In this document: one piece after another, positions 39,322-50,528 of the stretch
How positions within the stretch are numbered: position 1 is the stretch's first letter
Layout of the letters: each line of letters opens with the position of its first letter
Assembly (NCBI RefSeq): GCF_006345805.1
Contig: NC_042997.1
Location: 11,532,001-11,596,000, forward strand
DNA length: 64,000 nt
Origin: Octopus sinensis
Taxonomy: Eukaryota
Reading direction: 5' to 3'
Translations under genes and position numbers: made by a program
The notes under the pieces: generated by a model
Told to the model about the DNA's origin: nothing
Databases searched by the model: none
What the model saw: only the letters and a program-made list of their open reading frames with translations

Positions 39322-40611
39322 GCAGCAGCAGCAACAATAATAACAATAATAATAATAACATCAATGAAACATTAAGATCAACAACAACAACAACAGCAGT
39401 AGCAACAGCAGCGACGGCAACAGCAATAATAACAACAACAGCAACAACAACAATAATAATCACTTCAGTGACAACATTAAGAAGAACAACAACAACAACA
39501 ACAACAGCAGCAGCAGCAACAACAACAACAACAGCAACAACAACAATAATAATAACTTCAGTGACAACATTAAGAACAACAACAACAACAACAACAGCAA
39601 CAACAACAATAATAATAACTTCAGTGACAACATTAAGAACAACAACAACAACAACAGCAGCAGCAGCAACAACAACAACAACAGCAACAACAACAATAAT
39701 AATAACTTCAGTGACAACATTAAGAACAACAACAACAACAACAACAGCAGCAGCAGCAACAACAACAACAACAGCAACAACAACAATAATAATCACTTCA
39801 GTGACAACATTAAGAACAACAACAACAACAACAACAACAGCAGCAGCAGCAACAACAACAACAACAGCAACAACAACAATAATAATAACTTCAGTGACAA
39901 CATTAAGAACAACAACAACAACAACAACAGCAGCAGCAGCAACAACAACAACAACAGCAACAACAACAATAATAATAACTTCAGTGACAACATTAAGAAC
40001 AACAACAACAACAACAACAGCAGCAGCAGCAACAACAACAACAACAGCAACAACAACAATAATAATAACTTCAGTGACAACATTAAGAACAACAACAACA
40101 ACAACAACAGCAGCAGCAGCAACAACAACAACAACAGCAACAACAACAATAATAATAACTTCAGTGACAACATTAAGAACAACAACAACAACAACAGGAG
40201 CAGCAGCAACAACAACAACGAACAAAAACAACAACAACAACAGCAATGACAATAACAAAAAAGACAACAATAGCAACGATAGCAATGACAACAACAACAA
40301 CAACAACAACAGAAGCAGCAGTAACAACATTGATCTACGATAACAACAACAAAACAACAACAACAACAGCAGTGACAAGAACAATAGCAGTAGCAGCAGC
40401 AGCAGAAGCAGCAGCATTAACAATGACAACAGTTACAAGAAACACATCAGCAGCAATAACAACTGCAACAACATCAGAAATAAAAAAGTAAACAACAACA
40501 TCAGAGAAAAAAATAACAATAAATCAGCAATAAAAAAACAACAAAACCAACAACAGCAGCAACAATAATAACAATAATAACAATAATAATAATAACATCA
40601 GTGACAACATC
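38880..40611 (+). repeat. Compound minisatellite: 18-bp core (T/A)TCAGTGACAACATTAAG separated by AAC/AGC/AAT runs, ~14-15 units
   Basis: Core starts at 39465, 39558, 39621, 39708, 39798, 39891, 39981, 40071 and 40161 (periods 93, 63, 87, 90, 93, 90, 90, 90), plus older variants at 39015-39370 and 40598. Confidence 0.95.
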
Positions 40612-41040
40612 AGGCGCAGGAGTGGCTGTGTGGTAAGTAGCTTGCTAACCAGCCACATGGTTCCGGGTTCAGTCCCACTGCGTGGCATCTTGGGCAAGTG
40701 TCTTCTGCTATAGCCCCGGGCCGACCAATGCCTTGTGAGTGGATTTGGTAGACGGAAACTGAAGGAAGCCTGTCGTATATATGTGTATATATATATATAT
40801 ATTTGTGAGTGTGTGTGTGTGTGTTTGTGTGTGTTTGTTCCCCTAGCATTGCTTGACAACCGATGCTGGTGTGTTTACGTCCCCGTCACTTAGCGGTTCG
40901 GCAAAAGAGGCCGATAGAATAAGTACTGGGCTTACAAAAAATAAGTCCTGGGTCGATTTGCTCGACTAAAGGCGGTGCTCTAGCATGGCGGCAGTCAAAT
41001 GACTAAAAACAAGTAAAAGAGTAAAAAGAGTAAAGAGTAA
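40612..41040 (+). mobile_element. Full-length young SINE family A
   Basis: Head caggcgcaggagtggctgtgtggtaag, internal TA/GT microsatellite, tail (aagagt)n. Confidence 0.92.
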
Positions 41041-41254
41041 TAAATATCATTAACAGTAGTAGCAGTATCAACAGGATTAGCAACAACAACAACGGCATTA
41101 ACAATAAGAATGAAAGATCCGTTAGCAACAGCAACACCAACGGCTGCCCTAATAATCGCAACAATTATAGCAATAAGGATAATAACTGCAACAGCAGATG
41201 CAATGACAGTAAAAAAAGGGATAATATTAAGAATGACAGCAGAAGAAACCGGCG

Positions 41255-41570
41255 TTCAACCGGTAGTTATTTTATCGACCCCCGAAAGTGTGAAACGCAA
41301 AGGGGACCTCGGCGGAATTCGAACTCGGAATGTGAAGGCGAACGAAATGTCACTAAGCATTTTGCCTGGTGTGCTAACGATTCTTATTTCTTTAATGCCC
41401 ACAAGGGGTTACACACAGAATGGACAAACAAGGACAGACAAACGGATTAAGTCGATTACATCGACTCCAGTGCGTAACTGGTACTTATTTAATCGACCCC
41501 GAAAGGATGAATGGCGAAATCGACCCCGGCGGAATTTGAACTGAGAACGTAACGGCAGACGAAATACCTA
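41255..41570 (-). mobile_element. SINE family C composite: Tx1-tailed unit joined into an older family C copy
   Basis: Minus strand ...gtaaccccttgtgggcattaaagaaata joined to agaatcgttagcac at ~41381. Confidence 0.82.
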
Positions 41571-41810
41571 AATATCTAAATATCTAAACCGTTAGATCTA
41601 CATGTGGATCTAGCAGTCTGTATGTCAGGATTATTAAGGCTGTCCCACTGAAGAAACTGGCCTTCAGCAAATACTTTTTTGCTGGAAATAGTTAGAAACC
41701 GTCGGTTTGGAAAATAGCTGAGATGGTAAATGTTTTTAATTTTCATTCCATTCGTGAATTTATCCCTTTTTGTGTTCTAGCAGAACGCTTTCCTATTTGG
41801 AAGCCTCTTA

Positions 41811-42366
41811 TCTATATATATAAAACTGTAGTTGTGTGAGTGTCTGTCCCCTTCGATTTAGATTCCTAACTACTCCCACATTTTGCGGTGCAGTTTAACC
41901 AAATTCGGGTATCTTATAGTCGGGATTCATATCGAGCCCGTCTGGGTATTAGCGCGCGTCTACGATGAGTCTACGATTTAAAAAATAATTTAACATAATT
42001 TTTTATTCCATTTTAATGCATAATTTTTCGTGTGTCAATGGCGGCGGAGTTGGCGTCCACGCTCACACCTGTGTTGCTTCTCCCCCTTCTTCCCTCTCTC
42101 GTGAAGCTGTGGGGAAGGGAGTGTAAGGAAATCAACGTCGTAAAGCGTTGTCAATGAGACCAGCGTTCTTTTAGAACAACGACTTCATGGCTTGAAGACA
42201 CCAAAACAGAAAATGTCTACGATGAGTCAACGATTTAAAAAAAATTTACCATAATTTTTTTTCCATTTTTAATGCATTTTTTTTGCTATCTTTTGGCTAT
42301 AACTCTAAAAATGCTTATATAGTTATTTCCCTTACAAACCCGAGCAACGCCGGGCGATACTGCTAG
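41811..42366 (+). mobile_element. Non-autonomous Helitron-like element (556 bp)
   Basis: A|TC...hairpin cccgagcaacgccggg...CTAG|T termini. Same family as 29702-30072, with a longer internal segment. Confidence 0.85.
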
Positions 42367-42596
42367 TTGTATATACATATATATATATATATATATGAAC
42401 ACACACAGTTATATCAAACATAAGGACACGCGACTGTGTCTGTCTGCTAGAGATAAGAGTTAAAACCCTCGTTCAAACAGGCAAAAGATAACAGTGAAAA
42501 TAATAACAGAATCAACAGTACTCGGGCGAACGGATCGAAAAAATCCTTCACATACCTATATAGCATAAAGCTATATATTTTTAGGTATTAGTATAG

Positions 42597-42647
42597 ACGT
42601 AGACCGGTTTCTGGTTTGCTATAGCAAACTTACCTTCATCAGCACAT
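42597..42647 (-). ncRNA. Type I hammerhead motif in a (TA)n-flanked module (42400-42775)
   Basis: Minus strand ATGTG CTGATGA A GGT[aagt]TTGC tata GCAA ACC A GAA ACCGGT C TACGT: intact core, palindromic ACCGGT, GUC triplet, and a 5-bp helix I with two G-U pairs. Confidence 0.65.
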
Positions 42648-42786
42648 ACCAACCATTTGAAAAATTTTCTCAACCGGCTACGTTGAAGTCTGCTGGCGTC
42701 CTGAATTGTTTTGCGCCAAAATCAGGACAGCCTCAGTGGGAAAAATACCAATCAGGAGCAAATATTCAGGCGTAAATATATATATA

Positions 42787-42821
<35 letters not shown>

Positions 42822-42823
42822 CT

Positions 42824-43232
42824 CATTACTCTTTTTACTCTTTTACTTGTTTCAGTCATTTGACTGCGGCCATGCTGGAGCACCGCCTTTAGTCGAGCAA
42901 ATCGACCCCGGGACTTATCTTTGTAAGCCCAGTACTTATTCTATCGGTCTCTTTTGCCGAACCGCTAAGTGACGGGGACGTAAACACACCAGCATCGGTT
43001 GTCAAGCAATGCTAGGGGGACAAACACAGACACACAAACACACACATACATATATATACATATACATATATACGACAGGCTTCTTTCAGTTTCCATGTAC
43101 CAAATCCACTCACAAGGCATTGGTCGGCCCGGGGCTATAGCAGAAGACACTTGCCCAAGATGCCACGCAGTGGGACTGAACCCGGAACCATGTGGCTGGT
43201 TAGCAAGCTACTTACCACACAGCCACTCCTGC
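42824..43232 (-). mobile_element. Full-length young SINE family A, inverted relative to 40612-41040
   Basis: The first ~130 nt are identical to the 40612 copy, including the variants ttgctaaccagccac and ccaatgcc. Confidence 0.92.
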
Positions 43233-43248
43233 TGTGTGGTAAGTATAT

Positions 43249-43477
43249 ATATTGATATTGCTATTATTATCGAAGGCAATATAAATAGTTAATAATAACA
43301 GCAACATTAATATAGGTGGTTGCAAGCCTAAAATAGCATTATATAGCTATAGCATTAAAATTATATCAATCATAAGGACACATATAAAGCTATTTTAGGC
43401 CTGTAACCGCCTATATTAATGTTGTTATTATTATCAACTATTTATATTGCCTTCGATAATAATAGCAATATTAATAT
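43249..43477. repeat. AT-rich inverted repeat: 89-bp arms with a 51-bp spacer
   Basis: 43249-43337 pairs with 43389-43477; the mismatches are mostly transitions. Confidence 0.9.
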
Positions 43478-43524
43478 CTATATAAATATTCGATCCTGAG
43501 TATTTGCTCCTGATTGATATATAT

Positions 43525-43577
<53 letters not shown>

Positions 43578-43699
43578 AATATCTATTCATACATCCATAC
43601 CTATATATACATACTTACATCCCACCACACATGCAACTCTCTGACTCTAAATAGTTTCATCCCGAAAGCTATGGCTATGCTGGGGCACCACCTTTGGCT

Positions 43700-44110
43700 T
43701 TGCTACACCTTCATTATTTGAAATCATCTCTGATATGTGGCATTTGGTGACTGAGAGAGTTTGATGCTGTTGCCCTCAGCTGTATTTCCTTCTTTGAGTT
43801 AGGCTCATCCAGTTTTTTTAAAGACACTTACATTCACATCATGCAGGTCTCTTGGGCACTTCGAAGTGCTGTGGGCCCATTGAAACCCAAGCTAATACTA
43901 TATCTAGTCTTGTATTTTCATGGTGATGTTGGGATCCTTGGTACTATTCAGCGGCGTCCCGTTCTGCTGTTTGTGTAACTTTCAATACCAAAGTATGGTA
44001 GACGTCCTTTAAGGATCTTCCAGATGTATATCACTGCATACCATTCCCACCTTCATTCTTGGGAGTAGCGGCTTAACTTTTACAGCCTTTCTCAGTAGCT
44101 GAAAATTTTC
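43700..44110 (-). mobile_element. Decayed 3' end of a CR1/L2-type LINE
   Basis: Minus-strand remnants SY*ERL..L.RYS, IHLEDP, LGFQW, PRDLHDVNVSVFK resemble the CR1/L2 ORF2 terminus. Confidence 0.6.
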
Positions 44111-44750
44111 ACTTCTGCATATAAAAGCTTCTCATGCACTCACATGCACACTCTTCTTTCACATTCGTTTTACCTTTCCATGTGCTTCAGTTTACTAAAT
44201 TTCATTTAATAGTTTCCCACCAACGTCCCCGGATTTTCCACTAGGTGTGTGTACTTTTTAATAAGGTTTCTTCTCTCAAAGGACTCACAGTTGTTGTTTT
44301 GCCTCTTTCACGTTTCCAATGTTTCGCACAGCAATTATTTTTTTCTCCGATCTCTTATTTTCCCGAACTCCCATCTTTTCTCTCCATTTCACTTCTTTTA
44401 TCTCTACCTTCCTTCCTTGTAAAGGCATTTAATATTCATATACTTGCCTTCACTTTTATCACATCCTTCGTATTCTGTTTACCTTCCCTTTTACATCATG
44501 TTCACTGCCGCTCCCACCTCCTCATACGCACATTATCTTCACGTAAAGTAATTTTACTATATTTGTTTTTTATTTTCCCCACCAACTATCTACAGGACGC
44601 CTGACTACTATTTAAATCTAAACACTTCATCCAAATGTAAATATTTCCAAGGTAAATAGCAAATGAAACGCGTGTAATGGTGAATAAATGATACAAAAAA
44701 TTTTTCAAGTCTCCTGTTTTGATACATGCTCATACATGCACACCACACAC

Positions 44751-44806
<56 letters not shown>

Positions 44807-44811
44807 AAGAG

Positions 44812-45121
44812 CACTCCGTCGATTACGACGACGAGGATCCCAGCTGATACGATCAATGGAACAGCTTGCTCGTGAAATCAATGGGTAAGTGGCTGAGCAC
44901 TCCACAGACACGTGTACCCTTAACGTAGTTTTCAGGGAGATTCAGCGTGACACAGAGTGTGACAAGGCTGGCCCTTTGAAATACAGGTACTACTCATTTT
45001 TGCCAGCTGAGTGGACTGGAGCAACATGAAATAAAGTGTCATGCTCAAGGACACAACGCGTCGCCGGGAATCGAACTGACGACCTTATGATCGTGAGCTG
45101 AATGCCCTGCCACGCGTCCTC
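44812..45121 (-). mobile_element. SINE family B, head 2 + tail A
   Basis: The head-2 segment gacgcgttgtgtccttgagc..gctccagtccactcagctggc is joined to tail A gtacctgtatttcaaagggcc...gacggagtgct. Confidence 0.88.
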
Positions 45122-45154
45122 ATATACATATATGTATGCAAATATATACATAAT

Positions 45155-45822
45155 CAGTGTGTTCCAAAAGTCACTGACGGGTTTCAATTTTTAATAACTT
45201 CCTTAACTATACAAATAAATGCATGAAATTTTGATACAATATAATAGACATAATAGAAATTAATATGCACAAGTCAAATTCTGCAACAGCACTACATCAC
45301 ATATGAAAAACGACATCGCTTAAATGGCAGCCATTTTCAACTTCGTACGTCCGTGCTCTTTCCAAAACTTGCACAATAATACCCTCAAGAGTTTCAGACC
45401 CTACTTCTCTGATTTCTTTGTTGATGTTCTCCTTCAGTTGCACCAGGGTCTCCGGTTTGTTGACGTAGCCCTCTTTTTCAGGTATCCCCACAAGAAAAAA
45501 ATCCGGGCTTGTCAAGTCTCGGGAACGTTAAGGTCAGTTACCATTGCCGTAGCAGGAGATTACTGTGTCTCCAAAGCACAGCCGTAGCAACTGCATTGTT
45601 ATTCTTGCGGTATAAGCAGTTGACTAGCCCGCATTTTAATTGTGGGGATACCTCAAAGAGAGGGATTACGTCAACAAACCAAACCCTGGTGCAACTGAAG
45701 GAGAGCATCAACAGAGAAATCAGAGAAACTTTGAGGGTGTTATGGTGCAAGTTTTTGAAAGAGCACGGACGTGCGAAGCCGAAAATGGATGCCATTTAAG
45801 TAATGTCATTTTTCATATGGCC
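45155..45822. mobile_element. Internally deleted Tc1/mariner-superfamily element (rosa/DD41D-like) with an inverted duplicate of the transposase C-terminus
   Basis: Minus strand DLTSPDFF(L)WGYLK..VNKPETLVQLKENI..GCHLSDVVFHM (45300-45520), and the same segment on + at ~45612-45820. TIR-like cagtgtgttccaaaag at 45155. Confidence 0.72.
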
Positions 45823-46347
45823 TAGGTAATGATGGAGCACCTAAATGATGCGTATATATTATATGATATCTTAATACAAGAAACAAACAATATTGCGGAA
45901 TAGTGTTACGTGAACAAATTATAAAAGGAAATCGTTGATATTAAATAAAATGTTAAGCATTAGTGGTGTGTAAATTAGTAGCTTCACTTCTTTAAAGTTA
46001 CTGGATTTAATGTGCATTTACAAACTTGTTATTCGTTTCTCAAGTTATATTGATACCTCTGATAATAATGATCGAAAATCGATTAAGGGTACTCGTCATT
46101 TTTTCGCAGTCTACAAAGAAATAAGTAAATTTGACGTTTGTATGTCTACTGCGGAAGTTTGCATACATATATACATACATATAAACACACATACATACAC
46201 ACACACACACAAACACACACACACATACACATACTGTGACTGGGGAGGAGACCGGTAGGATGCAGTCGCCGTATTCCCAGTGTGGCGTAAGAGGCGGGAG
46301 CGAATGGACTGGGAATCCGCCCCTAGTAATTTCATATTCCAAAAAGG

Positions 46348-46381
<34 letters not shown>

Positions 46382-46389
46382 CATACATA

Positions 46390-47660
46390 CAGAGATATAC
46401 AGGAAGTAAATAGACCTTTAATTTTCAAAATCTTTCATTTAATAAGCAAAGCGAACAATTGAAATGTAATCGATAGGTATGACTACATACTTTAGTATTT
46501 AGTTGACACTCCCTGCGCAGTTTTTAATTCAGAAACTCTTTTTGGCATTGAAATGATGAGCTTTGTGATTGTCTCTTATGGAATTTCTGCCTACTTTTCA
46601 CGCAACAATCGAAACAATTCATCTTTAGATTTAAGTTTCTGTCGAGTTTTTCGTATAGCTCTTTCTAGTATGCTCCAAGGATTTTCAGTTGGGTTCATGT
46701 CAGGAGATTGGCTCGGCCAAGGAAGCTTTTTGATCCCGTTTTTTGTCAGCCATTGTTGATTCCTTTTCACTGTGTGGCATGGAGCCCCATCTTCCATGAA
46801 TAAAAACTCATTTTTCGTTATGTTATCGTGTGAATACATCGGAAGTAGTCCTTGCTTAAGTATTTCGATGTATTTTTGAGAATTTATGGTTCCAACACAT
46901 TCGATCAGCCCAGAACGACCATTGCTGGTGACAGCTCCCCATACCATTACAGAGATACCACCATGTTTCACGATTGGTTGGAGTCCTTTCGAATCAAATT
47001 CTTGATTAGGAAGCCTCCAGACCCAAACACGCCCACTGTCTGAAAATAATGCAAATCTGGATTCATGAGAAAATCACTCTATCCCAAAATGAACTGGATT
47101 TTCTGACATCTCTTTAGCCCATTTCTTTCTTTTCATGATATTGATTGGTTGAAGGAGAGGTTTTCTTCTAGCTGCTCGTCCATAATACCCAAGCTTATGC
47201 AGATATGTAACACACGTTCTTGGACTAACTTCTAGCTGTTTTGTAATGTCAGGAGCCTTCGAACTGGGTTCGTTTTCCTCAATTCTCTTCAAACAGTGAA
47301 GCCTTTTTTCCGAGAGCCCAGGTCGGCTGGGACGAGAATCTATTGATTCTTTTCCTTGGCTTTTTAATTGCGCTATAATTCTATTAACAGTAGCAAGATG
47401 AATTCGAAAATTTTCGGCAATTTTTCGCTAGCTAAGACCAGCCTCAGATTGCCCAACAATATGACCTCTTTGAAAATCTGACAGTTCTGCTGAATTTTTT
47501 TGTGCGTGGCATAGTTACTCTTCGCAAATGTTTAATATAATGGCACCTGGAATGAAAAAGAATAATTACATTGTAAATTCTACACCACTGAAAATATTAA
47601 AACGTTTAGATCAGAAATTTTGACAATTAAAGGTGTTTATTTACTTCTTGCATGTCTGTG
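46390..47660 (-). mobile_element. Complete but inactivated Tc1 transposon (1271 bp, TA TSD)
   Basis: TIRs cagagatatacaggaagtaa / cacagacatgcaagaagtaa (16/20 identical, similarity extends ~50 bp), with TA on both sides. Confidence 0.92.
46492..47512 (-). pseudogene. Tc1 transposase (DD34E), with stops and frameshifts
   Basis: ELSDFQRGHIVG, ARRKPLL, KHGGISVMVWG, EDGAPCH...SPDMNPTE (34 residues between D and E by count). Confidence 0.93.
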
Positions 47661-47704
47661 TATATATATGTGTTGGAATGCACTAACTAATGTCTTTTTT
47701 GGGT

Positions 47705-47905
47705 AGCGATCTGGTAGAATCGTTAGCACATCGGACAAAAGCTTAACAGAATTTCCTTCCTCTCTTTAAGCTCATTTTCAATTCCGCCGATGGCGACTTT
47801 GCCTTTCTATCTTTCGGGGTCGATAAAGTAAGTATCAGGGAGCCGATGTAATAGAATTACCACTCGCAATAAATTTGCTGGCTTTGTGCCAAAAATTGAA
47901 ACCAT
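47705..47905 (+). mobile_element. SINE family C with ordinary tail, degenerate
   Basis: ctggtagaatcgttagcac...ggggtcgataaag...ttgtgccaaaaattgaaacc. Confidence 0.75.
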
Positions 47906-48397
47906 TGTCTAATATATTTTGATTATTTAAACTGTAAGTAGCGATTTGCGGGAGTTTTGACTGCTATTTCTAGAGGAACAAGCAAACGAATTGATACTCC
48001 AGTTTCATTACTCATAAAAGCCTTTAAGGTATTATTTCCATATCATCTATATTCGTAAAAGTAGCCTAACTAGACGGATCTTCTTTCAAATAGTGATAAA
48101 AAAATTGCAAAATTTTGCTGCAATGCATTTTAAGACAGTTTCCGTTAAGCATTTCAGTATAAATCTTGACTGGAATCTTGACTGGAGTTTCATGACCATC
48201 TTGAGATTTTCTGTCGTATAATATCAATCTCTAAAGGTTTATACAATGCACATGTTACGAAGAAGAATACTGATATCTGTTTGAGATTTTTGATAAACGT
48301 AATATTTATTCTTTTCGTAAATAAAGAAGTTATCGTTACCACAACCGACAAAACATCAAGAGAAGTTGAAAACTATTGCCCTTGGATTGGTGTGATT

Positions 48398-48772
48398 GTG
48401 GAAGCACTCCGTCGGTTACGACGACGAGGGTTCCGGTTGATCCGATCAACGGAACAGCCTGCTCGTGAAATTAACGTGCAAGTGGCTGAGCACTCCACAG
48501 ACACGTGTACCCTTAACGTAGTTCTCGGGGATATTCAGCGTGATACAGAGAGTGACAAGGCCGGCCCTTTGAAATACAGGTACAACAGAAATAGGAAGTA
48601 AGAGTGAGAGAAAGTTGTGGTGAAAGAGTACAGCAGGGATCACCACCATCCCTGCCGGAGTCTCGTGGAGCTTTAGGTGTTTTCGCTCAATAAACACTCA
48701 CAACGCCCGGTCTGGGAATCGAAACCGCGATCCTACGACCGCGAGTCCGCTGCCCTAACCACTGGGCCATTG
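48398..48772 (-). mobile_element. SINE family B, head 1 + tail A
   Basis: Near-identical to 58095-58482. Confidence 0.9.
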
Positions 48773-49463
48773 CAGAAGCTGTCTAAATGTTAGCTGGTCC
48801 TTGTGTTACTGTTGCCGTTCGTCCATTGTGGTTAGCTGCTGGTTGTACTACTCTCTTCTAATGTTTCTCGTTCACCGTCTGTGCATTGCTTCTGTGTTGA
48901 TCCAAGCACTTGAGTTTGCTGCCGTCCGCCACCTGTTGTTAGTGGGTTAGATGCACTGAATATATATAGTGGTAGTTTGGCTCAGAAAGAAGTGCGCCAA
49001 AGATGAAATTGTTGCTGGAGCCGATTCCACGCTAAGTCTTGATTGGTCAGAATTTTCTTATGACGTAGGAAATATTCTAGCCAATCGTGACATCGGATAT
49101 AGTGATCTGATTGCTAAGTATTCCTATTACAAATTATATCCAATTCTCAGATTGTATTTAATTGAAAAAAAAAAAAGGGAATCCTTTAGGCGCATGTTAG
49201 TGCCATTGATGAAGTTACATAATTTAAGCAACATAAAATTTGGGCTTTCATTCAAAAAAGCAAACTCTTGTTGTTTAACCCTCATATCAATCCTGATTAA
49301 GCAAACCTGCAGCGCTCAAGTAGTTGGTCAAATGATAAGGGCAATCTATAAACCCATTTCTATGGTTATGTTTGGAGCAAAATGTGGGTTTATTTTACAT
49401 TGTCGAATCCAGATCACTGCTTTGCATGCTATTGTTGGCGTAGACGTAATTTAACTTCAAATC

Positions 49464-49745
49464 GTCTCTGATTAAACGGAAATTTGTTTAAATGCATACT
49501 AGACGGCAGTGTGTGTGGTTTGAGGGAGATTAGGCGGTTATTTCTAACGTAACTGAGAGGTGATGTAGAGGTTCTCTCTTTTGCTCGCTTGTAAGATATT
49601 AATTTCTTATGATGTTACAGCAGAGACGATTGGAATTCATTAGTCTACGTTCTTCTGTACTTATTAGTTGTACATATGCCAACATAATTTCGAGACCATT
49701 ATAGGTGCCGCTAGAATTACAGATTACACATACACATATAAACTC
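49464..49745 (+). repeat. 282-bp direct repeat, copy 1 (copy 2 at 51981-52262)
   Basis: gtctctgattaaacgg...cacatataaactc; about 4 substitutions between the copies. Confidence 0.93.
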
Positions 49746-49911
49746 TCTTACATACACATACACACACATACATACACACGCTATTAGGAATCCATGATGG
49801 ATGATATGTTTTCATTGTAGTGGAGTGTTTTAATTTTTCTGTTTGCCAAATGCAGTCTACGAGTTTGTTTCATTTTATATTGTTTCATTGTATATTTGTT
49901 TTATATACGGC

Positions 49912-50010
49912 ATGAATGTTATAGAAGTGTATTTCTATACACATTTCTATAATATGAATGTTATAGAAGTGTATTTCTATACACATTTCTATAATATGAA
50001 TGTTATAGAA
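49912..50010 (+). repeat. 42-bp tandem repeat, ~2.4 copies
   Basis: atgaatgttatagaagtgtatttctatacacatttctataat at 49912 and 49954, partial copy at 49996. Confidence 0.9.
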
Positions 50011-50320
50011 CTGTGTATTAAGTGTAATACACAGTTGGTTTATGTTATCCTTTAGCTTTTTCAGCCATACTGCAGCCATACTGGGGCACCGCCTTGAAGG
50101 GTTTTAATCGAAGAAATCGATGCCATTACTTATTTTAGAGTCTGATATTTTGTCAGTATTTTTTTCCTAACCGCTAAGTCACGAGGTCGTAAACAAAACA
50201 ATACTGTATATCAAACGGTGGGGATGATGGTGGTGACACACACACACACACGCTCGCACACACAGACGCGCGTGCACACACAAAGCTTTTGCTGACTAAA
50301 TTCATTCTCAAGGTACTGGT

Positions 50321-50528
50321 TGGCGAGCTGGCAGAACCGTTAGCACACCGGGCGAAATGCGTAGCCGCATTTCGTCTACCGTTACGTTCTGAGTTCAAAT
50401 TCCGCCAAGGTCGAGTTTGCCTTTCATCCTTTCAGGGTCGATAAATTAAGTACTAGTTACGATATAATCCGTGTGTCTGTCCTTGTTTGTCCCCTCTGTG
50501 TTTAGCCCCTTGTGGGTAGTAAAGAAGC
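50321..50528 (+). mobile_element. Tx1-tailed SINE family C inserted inside a minus-strand family A SINE (50060-50620)
   Basis: TSD aggtactggt (50311-50320) / aggtacaggt (50529-50538). Family A sequence resumes on both sides. Confidence 0.85.

Noticed and set aside
39465-40180. CRISPR-like regular array of identical short repeats
   Set aside because: The spacers are near-identical AAC/AGC/AAT runs rather than unique sequences, there are no cas genes, and the context is eukaryotic. It is a minisatellite.
39468-40343. 291-aa Thr-rich mucin-like ORF (and the antisense 382-aa Leu/Val ORF)
   Set aside because: Triplet repeats lack stops by construction; no ATG start, signal peptide or splice context was seen. 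Not reported as a CDS.
46053-46092. Hammerhead-like tacct CTGATAA taatgatc GAAAATCGATT A agggta
   Set aside because: G8 is replaced and no helix II can be formed; at most a decayed relic.
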